Part shown: piece by piece, positions 28,701 through 35,980 of the stretch
Layout: every line of letters begins with the position of its first letter
Numbering within the stretch: position 1 is the first letter of the stretch
From: Rhodanobacteraceae bacterium
GTDB lineage: Bacteria; Pseudomonadota; Gammaproteobacteria; Xanthomonadales; SZUA-5
Reading direction: 5' to 3'
Assembly: GCA_031422315.1 (NCBI GenBank)
Contig: JANOQN010000074.1
Coordinates: forward strand, 19,444-83,443
Length of the DNA: 64,000 nucleotides
The notes under the pieces: generated by a model
The model's database searches: none
Told to the model about the DNA's origin: nothing
What the model saw: the letters and a program-made list of their open reading frames with translations, nothing else
Made by a program: the position numbers and the translations under genes

Positions 28701-30906
28701 GCGCTTGCTGGCCAAATTTGCCGTCCAGCTCATTGAGCTGATTCAGCAGCCGCGCCTGCGCTTCATCAATACCGGCAATGCTGACTGCGCGCCCGAGCGC
28801 GGAAAACTGCGCCTGCTCAAATACCGTCAGCTGGGCTTGAAATTCAGCGCTCAACTCACGCGTCAGCAGCTCGACGCGTAAATTACCGGCACTGGCGCGC
28901 AGGCGATTGACCTCAGAAAACAGTTTGCTGGTCGATTCCAGCAGCTTGGCTCTGGCCAATGGATCGCTTTGCTCAAAGCCTGTAATCAGCTCGGTTAAGC
29001 CCTCTAAGGATTCAGCCAGCTCGTCCAAACTGGCTTCAATCGGTTTGAGCGCCACGCTACTTTTTGCCGATTGCAACTCGGTGCCAGCCTTTTGCAGCCC
29101 AGTTTGCAGGCTTTGAAACGCCGCTGGTTCCGAGAAAAATTTGATCGCGCGCTCGCCGACCCGCAGCTGCTCATCTTTGAGCTGTTGCTCAATCGGCAGC
29201 AATAGCGCTTTATCTACATGCGGCAGTTCGCTTAAGGACAGCACATCGCCGCGCTTGCGTTTTAGGCTGCGAATCGCTTCGGTAAAGTCATCTGGCTTTT
29301 GCCACAAAAAGCCCGCTACTTTGCTCAAAAGCTCACGCGTAGATGTCGCTACACGGTTAATTTCCTGCGCGGCGCGCTGTTTGAGCGCATCGAGCTGGGC
29401 AAACGCTTCAAGTGCGGCTTTGCCAGTGCGGCTAAGTGCAAGCACGTCGGCCTGCAGCGCGAAGGCTTCAGGCTCAGCCAGCCAGGTGTAGCCATCGGCG
29501 CACTTTTGCCCGAGCTTCAAAAGACGCTCGTAATCGGCTAGCGTTTTGGCGTCACTGGCAATTTGCACCAGCAAGCGTAAGTCCGCCAGCGCGCGCACCA
29601 GCGTGGCATTGCCGGTGCGTGAGAGCAGATTTTGCGGCTGCTTTTTAGTCTTATCGTTGCCCCTATCACTATCAAAATCCGCATCCGCAAACGGCGTGCG
29701 CCACAGCTGCATGGTGTGCAGGCGCGCCGCTTCACCTGATTCCGGCACAAATACCAAAATACGGCCATCGGCAAAGCGCGCGTAGCCGCTGCCGAAAATC
29801 GGCGTGCCGGCCGCGCGGTCGATTAAGTTGTAAGGTAATAAAGCATATTCACCGGCCTGTTCGGCATAAAAAACGTACAGCACATCTTCGCCGTTCGGCG
29901 CTTTTAGAACGCGCTTGAGCCGAAACCTAGAAAAGTCCTGACCTATCTCAGAAAAGCGCTTGGTATCGCCGGATTCCAATGCGTAGCCACCGGGAAATAC
30001 CAAGCCGTGATCTTCTGGCAATTGCGCCGCGCTCAAACCCAGCTCGTCAATACGCTGCACGCTGCGCAGCCGCTTGTTATAAAGCAAGTAGCGAAAATCA
30101 GGCTCACGATAGGGCTTAATTTTCAGCACGATTTGATGCTTCAACACGGCGAAATAAATTTCCGCATCGGCCAGTGCTTGGGTTTTATCAACCACCGGTT
30201 CGCTGAAAATGCCGAGCCCAGAATCGGTATTGTTCTCAACTTTGATGGTTAGATCGCCACCGACAGTTTCGACAAACACCGTGTCTTGAATATTGATATG
30301 CGGGTGCCGACCGGCAACGTGCATTTCCCGGGTCGCCTGCTGCCACTCAAAATCGTGCGTCGGCGGCAATACGTGATCGCGTTCGCCGCGGTTGTCGATA
30401 TAGCTCAGCCCACCATCTTTGGCTAAGGCAAAGCGAAATACCCGCTTATCGGTGCTGTTTGAGCCAGTACGAAAAATCAGCAGCAAGCGATCATTGATCA
30501 CCCGAAGTTGATCGAGCGTAGTCTGCTTGTAGTAGGTCAGCAGTTCCTTAAAGTCTGCGGCAAAGCGCGGCTCACTTAAAAAACTACCCGCTATCGTCAC
30601 CGGGACTAGCTCGGTATCTTCCGCTTGCCCCAAGCGATATAGCGCAAACATATCCGCGATTTGGGTTTCGCTTTTGAGCCCCATAAACACGTTGTACCCG
30701 AGCAGCAGCAAATTGCCGGCCCGCACCACATCACGCGCGACACAGTTGTTGTCAGTGCGCGCGCTTAGCCTGGCAATCTGTTTGGGCTCAATACGCCCGA
30801 ACAGCTTGAGCCGCTCGGCGTTGAGCTGTTCGCTTTTGATTTTGAGCTGCTGCGCCCCCGTTTGCAGGCGCTTGCGCAGTAGGTCGAATGACGCTTGATC
30901 GCTCAT
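25774..30906 (-). CDS. giant (1710 aa) coiled-coil protein with a MoxR/AAA_5-like AAA+ ATPase module near residue ~1240
   Basis: Walker A LLLISPPGYGKTTLMEYL; Walker B/sensor region VMLYLDDIQHLNPEF and AIVMAGNPYTESG. Long heptad-rich helical regions N- and C-terminal to the ATPase. 17-bp gap after the flotillin gene. Confidence 0.7.
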   Translation of the reverse strand: MSDQASFDLLRKRLQTGAQQLKIKSEQLNAERLKLFGRIEPKQIARLSARTDNNCVARDVVRAGNLLLLGYNVFMGLKSETQIADMFALYRLGQAEDTELVPVTIAGSFLSEPRFAADFKELLTYYKQTTLDQLRVINDRLLLIFRTGSNSTDKRVFRFALAKDGGLSYIDNRGERDHVLPPTHDFEWQQATREMHVAGRHPHINIQDTVFVETVGGDLTIKVENNTDSGLGIFSEPVVDKTQALADAEIYFAVLKHQIVLKIKPYREPDFRYLLYNKRLRSVQRIDELGLSAAQLPEDHGLVFPGGYALESGDTKRFSEIGQDFSRFRLKRVLKAPNGEDVLYVFYAEQAGEYALLPYNLIDRAAGTPIFGSGYARFADGRILVFVPESGEAARLHTMQLWRTPFADADFDSDRGNDKTKKQPQNLLSRTGNATLVRALADLRLLVQIASDAKTLADYERLLKLGQKCADGYTWLAEPEAFALQADVLALSRTGKAALEAFAQLDALKQRAAQEINRVATSTRELLSKVAGFLWQKPDDFTEAIRSLKRKRGDVLSLSELPHVDKALLLPIEQQLKDEQLRVGERAIKFFSEPAAFQSLQTGLQKAGTELQSAKSSVALKPIEASLDELAESLEGLTELITGFEQSDPLARAKLLESTSKLFSEVNRLRASAGNLRVELLTRELSAEFQAQLTVFEQAQFSALGRAVSIAGIDEAQARLLNQLNELDGKFGQQAQFADALSQRREAVLEALGSRREQLRAERDVRVQTLKTGILRTFESLPKRLLKLTDMGALQAFFASDPLIDRARAQIEQLRQLDEAVLADELSGRMKSAKEAALRDLRDRAELGTDGQSLKLGKHRFTVANRQIELAIVHEPNGLALVISGTDYRRAIQIDDAERYSALTGQTLVSESVQVYRGETLAFLCMSQQRANEPGLSFDARLEQVARFAAERPAEDYQRGIHDFDAALILAAMAPKLALAGELIVPATARVLGMCWVQQQLSNRLDEIKSLCQARMLLLQANPKAELLLSEREMAELKSLATELGFDARVVAACAQHVVRVLGSDAEFPVFGLAQDAALHLEAALPKALLAALRSARGGLRERLHTLTELVQTQLTLPFDTAIEAAAIALLAPACKRVNAELDLQVSGLLGQHGRIVEGKLALRLPEFNARLRYFCDVTMALFRDYAAAKHWLLEARRSVLNLSQFEAKPMAGFVRNRLIDELYLPLIGNNLAKQIGTLEDQRPDRSGLLLLISPPGYGKTTLMEYLADRLGMIFVRINGPTLGHEVTSLDPAQCSHKGAAEELQKLNLGLLMGNNVMLYLDDIQHLNPEFFQKFISLSDATRRIDAIDDGSARSLDLRGKRFAIVMAGNPYTESGEVFRIPDMLANRADVYNLGDVLSGREALFNDSYLENAMTSNSLTAAISELGREAVLSAITIAGGGEGVLPSELRQANDAIEVLKRMIDVREVLSKVNAAYVASAAQDDAYRTEPPFKLQGSYRNMIKLTAQLSPLMEPNELRDLIADHYRGEAQTLGARAEENLLKLARISGALTDTQAERWESLCDNFRRLLLQGGKHSDGATKVANLLSEIAVQLEKQRDQPALKQAALVLEGLRSDFMAFANRPEPKAPVVNAHVKASLDTPAALNTAFERLVKSYEETLVPLVSAMHHKMTLDHATWDHVRNIRTDLDAVLKRTGAPVAKPKAKPTTEGF

Positions 30907-30922
30907 CGGTAGTTACCCTGCG

Positions 30923-33079
30923 CTATTTCGAGGGCTTCAGAGCACTCTGCTTGCGCGCATCGGAGCTGCTCGCGGCCGCTAAAATATCGCTCAGATCCCC
31001 ATTTTCTTGCAGCTTTTTCAGCGCGTTGACCAGCGTTAAATCGCGCGCCGAAGCAGCGGATGAACCCAGCGCAGCAATCAGCGCCTGCGCGTCATCCACC
31101 AGCACGCGCGAGCCATCCTGATAGCCCTTGCTGGCATGCGTCAGCAGCTCACTTGCGCCGACCGTGGCGTCAATTCCGCGCCCAATCGATAGGCTGCGCA
31201 TGAAGCGCTCGAAGAACTCGCCGTCACCACCGACGATCTCGAGCTTGGCCTGTTTGAGCGCTTGGCCCAGCACGGAGGCCTGTTCGCCAGCAATAATTTG
31301 CTGCGAATCGAGCGCCTTGATGCGCTGAATGTGCGCATAGTCCATTTGCATGCGCTGCTCTTCGTGCGCACGGATTTCCGGGCTCATCGCGGTCATGGCG
31401 TCGAACTTTTCCCGCAGGCCTTTGGATTCTGAGGCAAAGCGCGCGGCCGTGGCTGATGCATCCGCTTCGCCCAGTAATTTGCGTCCTGAGGCTTCCGCTG
31501 CCAGCTTTTGTCCGAGCGCATCGGCAATCGCGGTTCCCTGCTTAGCCACGGCTTCGGCGTCGGCAATTTTACCACTGGCTTCCGCGCCCATTTTCAATCG
31601 TAGTGAACCGGCTTCGGCTTCGCCCATTTTGAGCAACGCATCCGCGTCAGCTTCTTTGATTTTCGCGCGCACCAGGCCTTCTTTTTCGTTCGCATCGGCC
31701 TGCGCGAGCTGCACTCTGGCCTGCGCTAAACCGCTCGCCGCGCTCATCGCTTCGATGCCTTCAGCCTCGCGTTTTTTCGATTCTGCCGCTTTCGAAGCCA
31801 CCACCAAACGCGCATCAGCCATTGTAAGCTCCTGATTCGCTTGATGTTTCGCGCGCTGCTCGTCCGCTTCGGCTAGTTTGACATCGGCGATGTATTTTTG
31901 CTCCGCCTCACCCTGCGCCAGCACCACGGTGGCTTTGCGAGTGCGTTCGGCATCGGCAATCGCGCGAATATCTTTGATGGCCTCTTCTTGCTCGGCGACG
32001 GTGCGTTCCACCACAATACGCTCGCGAATCACATCGGCAATTGCCTTGCGCTGCACTTCTAATTGCTTATCGCGCTCAATTTCTTGCAGCGCCACTTCGC
32101 GTTCGCGATCTACCACTTCAAGTTTGCGCGCACGTATAACTTTTTCTTCTTCAATCGCCACTGCACGCAGGCGATTGTTTTCCGCAACCTGCGTTTCGCG
32201 CTTTAGATTTTCAGTTTGCACCGCCAAAACTTGATCGGTGGAAATGCGCGCCAGCTCGCTTTTAGCGCGCTCTTCCTGCTGCACTTTTGCCGCTTCCGCA
32301 TCTTCCCGGGCTTTGTTGACGCCAATCTCGCGCTGTTGACTTGCGAGTGCAAACGCCTGCTGGCGATCTAGCTCCATGATGGCTTCGGAGGTTTCCACGT
32401 CTTTCTTTTTGATGCGCATTTCTTCATCACGCCGGAACACGTTGGTGCGGATGTGCTCCTCGGCGGTCAGCTCGGTAATTTTCTTGATGCCCTGCGCGTC
32501 TAAAATATTATTCGGATCAAGCATTTCCAGCGGCGTTTGCTCGATGTAGTCAATCGCGGCATCCTCTAAGTGATAGCCGGATAAGTCTTGCCCAATTTGG
32601 CGAATAATTTCATCCCGGAAGCGATCCCGCGCCTGATACAAATCAACAAAATCCATCGACTTACCGACGGTTTTCAACGCTTCAGAAAATTTCGCAGAGA
32701 ATAAATTTTCAAGCGTTTCCTGATGCGAAGCGCGCTCACAGCCGATCGCTTGCGCAACGCGCAGCACATCCTCGACGGATTTGTTGACCCGCACGAAAAA
32801 CTTCACCTTGATATCGGCACGGATATTGTCTTTGCAAATCAAGCCTTCCTTGCCAAAGCGATCAATCTCAATCGTCTTGAGTGAGATGTCCATTACCTCA
32901 CAGCGGTGCAGGATCGGAATCACCATTTTGCCGGTAAAAGTCACGTCCGGCTCGGTACGCATGGTGTTGACGATCATCGCCTGACCCTGCTCAATCGTTC
33001 GGTAGAACTTGGCAAGCATCGCCAGAAACCCGAAAAGTATGAGTACGCCAATAACTACAATAATGATAAAAGTTGTCAT
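30923..33079 (-). CDS. flotillin / SPFH (band-7) domain protein, YqiK-like, with long Ala/Glu/Lys-rich coiled-coil tail
   Basis: N-terminal TM (FIIIVVIGVLILFGFLAMLA), then an SPFH domain (MIVNTMRTEPDVTFTGKMVIPILHRCEVMDISLKTIEIDR), then extended EA-repeat coiled coil typical of flotillins. Confidence 0.85.
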   Translation of the reverse strand: MTTFIIIVVIGVLILFGFLAMLAKFYRTIEQGQAMIVNTMRTEPDVTFTGKMVIPILHRCEVMDISLKTIEIDRFGKEGLICKDNIRADIKVKFFVRVNKSVEDVLRVAQAIGCERASHQETLENLFSAKFSEALKTVGKSMDFVDLYQARDRFRDEIIRQIGQDLSGYHLEDAAIDYIEQTPLEMLDPNNILDAQGIKKITELTAEEHIRTNVFRRDEEMRIKKKDVETSEAIMELDRQQAFALASQQREIGVNKAREDAEAAKVQQEERAKSELARISTDQVLAVQTENLKRETQVAENNRLRAVAIEEEKVIRARKLEVVDREREVALQEIERDKQLEVQRKAIADVIRERIVVERTVAEQEEAIKDIRAIADAERTRKATVVLAQGEAEQKYIADVKLAEADEQRAKHQANQELTMADARLVVASKAAESKKREAEGIEAMSAASGLAQARVQLAQADANEKEGLVRAKIKEADADALLKMGEAEAGSLRLKMGAEASGKIADAEAVAKQGTAIADALGQKLAAEASGRKLLGEADASATAARFASESKGLREKFDAMTAMSPEIRAHEEQRMQMDYAHIQRIKALDSQQIIAGEQASVLGQALKQAKLEIVGGDGEFFERFMRSLSIGRGIDATVGASELLTHASKGYQDGSRVLVDDAQALIAALGSSAASARDLTLVNALKKLQENGDLSDILAAASSSDARKQSALKPSK

Positions 33080-33146
33080 CGTTTTTTCCTGTTAGAAGTG
33101 CTTTCTTCGTTAAAAAGTTTTCGGAAATTTGCTTAAAGCGGAGGCA

Positions 33147-33815
33147 TTAACTGAGCGGCTTTGGCTGATACGCCTCAACCTCATAACGCTGCCGCACTTC
33201 ATCAAAGCTGAGTATCAGCGCACTTGATCCGCGTACCAATTCATTTGGCGCAGTGGCATACACCGCCACCACAATCGGGCTGCCATCCGTGCGCACTTCG
33301 GCTTGACCAAATTTTTCGTCAACGTTTGAAGTCGTGACTTTGCAGACGCTGCCAATCAAATCGAGCTTGCGAGCCAGCCCGCCTTGAACTGCAAAAATCG
33401 GTTTGAGTGGCCGCACGCAGTGCCCGGCAATTGGCAGCGCCAGCGCCAAACACATCAGCAAACCCACGCTGCCGCTAATCCAACTTAATCCGCCCGCTGC
33501 TCCCGGCATGCTTGGCAAAACATGTTGCTGCAGCAAAATCGTCAGCACCCACCAGAAAAACACTATCGAGCTGATCACGACCGAAAACGGCAAGCGATCA
33601 AAGCCGAGCGCCACCAGCATATCGGGCGTGCCATGCGCATCGTCATGCAGCCCATCCGGGCCATCGTGGTGTAAATCCACGTGCCAATCTGGGCCTACGT
33701 GATCTAAATCCAGCACACCGACAATCGACAGCAGCCAAAAGATCAAAACAATGCCCATCAAGGCCGAAGGAATCAGGCCTGGAAATAGCGTAATGCTGGC
33801 AATAAATGCATCCAT
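33147..33815 (-). CDS. NfeD/YqiJ-like inner-membrane protein (DUF1449-type), the usual operon partner of SPFH proteins
   Basis: Multi-TM N-terminus, a His/Asp-rich loop (DLDHVGPDWHVDLHHDGPDGLHDDAHGTPD), then a C-terminal OB-fold-like soluble domain. In E. coli yqiJ precedes yqiK in the same order. Confidence 0.65.
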   Translation of the reverse strand: MDAFIASITLFPGLIPSALMGIVLIFWLLSIVGVLDLDHVGPDWHVDLHHDGPDGLHDDAHGTPDMLVALGFDRLPFSVVISSIVFFWWVLTILLQQHVLPSMPGAAGGLSWISGSVGLLMCLALALPIAGHCVRPLKPIFAVQGGLARKLDLIGSVCKVTTSNVDEKFGQAEVRTDGSPIVVAVYATAPNELVRGSSALILSFDEVRQRYEVEAYQPKPLS

Positions 33816-34225
33816 CAGGGTTTGGGTTCTCGTTTAAGGTCAGTGCCGGGCTTGCCGGATGTTAGCGCGGACTTGATACGGCTGTGTACCTTAGAAAGTT
33901 GATTTGCGTGCGCGTCGAACGATTTTGCAGTTTCCTGCGCATGCGCAAACTGGCTAATGTCCGCAACATGATCCGGCTTGCCAGCAATCAACGCATTTTG
34001 CAGCTTTTCCGCGCGCCGTTTGGCTGCTTGCGCCTTTGCTAGTGCGGCTTGCAGCTCGGTTTCGACGCGTTTCAAGAGCGCCTGCGCTTGGCTTGCGGAA
34101 AGTTGAGCGGCTTCGGCTTCAGTGATATCGCTGGTTAAATCGGCTTTAACGCTCGCCAGCATTCGATTAAACCAACGCATTTTGGATTTCGTCTCAAGCG
34201 CTGCGCAAAAACCAGCGATTCCCAA
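33815..34225 (-). CDS. small coiled-coil protein (136 aa); first gene of the flotillin operon
   Basis: Strongly helical, Ala/Gln/Lys-rich sequence (EAEAAQLSASQAQALLKRVETELQAALAKAQAAKRRAEKLQ). Its stop TGA overlaps the ATG of the YqiJ-like gene (TGATG). Confidence 0.5.
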   Translation of the reverse strand: MGIAGFCAALETKSKMRWFNRMLASVKADLTSDITEAEAAQLSASQAQALLKRVETELQAALAKAQAAKRRAEKLQNALIAGKPDHVADISQFAHAQETAKSFDAHANQLSKVHSRIKSALTSGKPGTDLKREPKP

Positions 34226-34268
34226 TATTTAACGCACAGCGGAAGTTCTGCGCGTGCCACTAGACATG

Positions 34269-34318
34269 GCGTTTTTGCCAAAAGGGTTTGCATCATCGCC
34301 GCTTGCCGCTAAGCTCGG
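34269..34318. repeat. left copy of a ~50-bp direct repeat (promoter-like) whose other copy lies at 38903..38952, bracketing a 4.6-kb insertion
   Basis: cgtttttgCCAAAAGGGTTTGCATCAtCGcCGCTTGCCGCTAAGCTCGG here, versus cgttttcaCCAAAAGGGTTTGCATCAcCGtCGCTTGCCGCTAAGCTCGG at 38903. It contains TTGCAT, a 16-bp spacer, then TAAGCT (a sigma70-like -35/-10). Confidence 0.8.
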
Positions 34319-34457
34319 ATCAACTGGAGCGCAGCAAAACATTCATGACGATTTCCGTCCAAGCTATAGTCGCTTAACAGTAAATTTCAGTTGCAAATGA
34401 CGCTGAGTTCGGCGCAAGCTCGTCAGCGAAACGTCTTGACTGTCACTGGAACAACCG

Positions 34458-35528
34458 ATGAAAAAAATCCTTCTGATCATTGCTCCGCTTTTAATTCCTA
34501 GCATTGGTTTTCCGCAAGAAATCTGCGGATTGCAGAACGTTAGCTACAATAATGTTTTCAAGAACGGTTTTGAGCAATTAATTGCTGCTGCAAGCGCAAA
34601 AGAACTTAAGGTTAAAAGCAACGCAAGCAAATCGGCTCAGCCCGACTTAGGCGCTCCGATGGGCATGGCGCCTATTCCAAATGGCGGAACTCCAACAATT
34701 ACCATAACGAGTCCTGCTGCTAACGGCATTTTAGTCGGTCGGAAGCTTCAAATTCGAGGCACCATTACTGGACCTATCAATACTGGAGTTAGTGTGAACG
34801 GAGTCGCCGCTTATGTTCAAGGAAATCAATTTTCAACGTCGATTTTAACTTTGCCATCGACTGGCGCAATTGCCATCACAGCATTGGCGAAAACACTCGA
34901 CGGTGCTGTGGCTAACGCAACCAGGATGATGTCAGCTGGCCCAGAGAATGGCGTAGTTTTCACGAGCGCTAAGCCCGCTGAATATACCAATCGCCCCGTT
35001 TCATTTAATTTGTCTGTTCAACCTAGCATAGTTATTCAACAAGTTTCTGTTGATTTCAATGGTGACGGAATTGCGGAGTTCACCGGCGCAAATCCCTCGC
35101 TTATTCCTTCTTCGTACACATATGCGCAACCCGGCGTATTTAGTGCCGAAGCAACCGTTGTTACTGCACCACCAAATAGCCAAACATTCACCTCAAAAGC
35201 CATCATCGCTGCAATTGATATCGTTGATCACCGGATTCGCGTTTGCTCGGTATATGGCACGTTGCGTCAACGTCTTACTGCGAACGACGTTGCTGGCGCT
35301 ATTAGGGTTTTTCCGCAAGAGAACCGGCCCCAATACGAAGCGTTATTTAACGCGCTAGGTACGAATCGCCCAGTTTTCGCGACGCGCATGGGAACGATCG
35401 CAACTGGGCTGCTAACGCTTACCGATGCCAATATGACTGTGATCACAAACAGCGCAGGCACAACTAGCGCTTACAAGGTACGTTTCGCTCAAAGCGCTGA
35501 TGGTGTTTGGCGTATTGAGGATATGTAG
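34458..35528 (+). CDS. secreted protein with Ig/PKD-like beta-rich repeats (356 aa)
   Basis: Signal peptide MKKILLIIAPLLIPSIGFP; Thr/Ser/Gly-rich beta-strand composition. First gene of the inserted islet. Confidence 0.55.
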   Translation: MKKILLIIAPLLIPSIGFPQEICGLQNVSYNNVFKNGFEQLIAAASAKELKVKSNASKSAQPDLGAPMGMAPIPNGGTPTITITSPAANGILVGRKLQIRGTITGPINTGVSVNGVAAYVQGNQFSTSILTLPSTGAIAITALAKTLDGAVANATRMMSAGPENGVVFTSAKPAEYTNRPVSFNLSVQPSIVIQQVSVDFNGDGIAEFTGANPSLIPSSYTYAQPGVFSAEATVVTAPPNSQTFTSKAIIAAIDIVDHRIRVCSVYGTLRQRLTANDVAGAIRVFPQENRPQYEALFNALGTNRPVFATRMGTIATGLLTLTDANMTVITNSAGTTSAYKVRFAQSADGVWRIEDM

Positions 35529-35980
35529 TGTTTCAATCAGATCCGGTTTGGTGGGTCAAGATATTAAAAGTATTTATTGGCGTTTGGATTTATGGGCACG
35601 GATGGTTCATCCCTGTTTATTATGGCGCAATTTACTTGGTCGCGTGCTTTATTCGGGATAGGTTTAACATCAGTTGGGCCAGTAGAACGCCAATGTGGCT
35701 TTTTGTTTTTGCTCTAAGTGGTTGTCATGGTGCTTTGTGTGCAGTAATAATAAGCTGTCCTTTGTTATTCATGACACCAAAAGGCGATTTGAATTTTATT
35801 TTTTTTATTCTGTTGATTTCTAACATTTATTCTTTTCTGGTTTTAGTTAAATCAATACGACTTACCCTAAAAAACGAAATAGAAAAATCTCTTGTTTCTT
35901 TAAAAAGAGGTCTAATCGTGCTGGCACCGAGCGTTTTACTGCTGTTTTTTATCGGGGATAATCTTGCAAACTCACCTTGA
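35528..35980 (+). CDS. small polytopic membrane protein encoded in a markedly AT-rich segment
   Basis: Four hydrophobic segments. Local GC is visibly far below the window average (runs such as ttttttattctgttgatttctaacatttattcttttctgg). Start and stop overlap the neighbouring genes. Confidence 0.45.
   Translation: MFQSDPVWWVKILKVFIGVWIYGHGWFIPVYYGAIYLVACFIRDRFNISWASRTPMWLFVFALSGCHGALCAVIISCPLLFMTPKGDLNFIFFILLISNIYSFLVLVKSIRLTLKNEIEKSLVSLKRGLIVLAPSVLLLFFIGDNLANSP

Noticed and set aside
26489-29785. Numerous Ser/Ala/Arg-rich ORFs on the plus strand (e.g. 27491..28024, 28250..28741)
   Set aside because: These are antisense frames inside the 1710-aa gene; their low-complexity composition is typical of GC-rich antisense artefacts.
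31350-32234. Ala/Ser-rich plus-strand ORFs (161 aa and 118 aa)
   Set aside because: Antisense to the flotillin coiled-coil region, mirroring its EA repeats; not coding.
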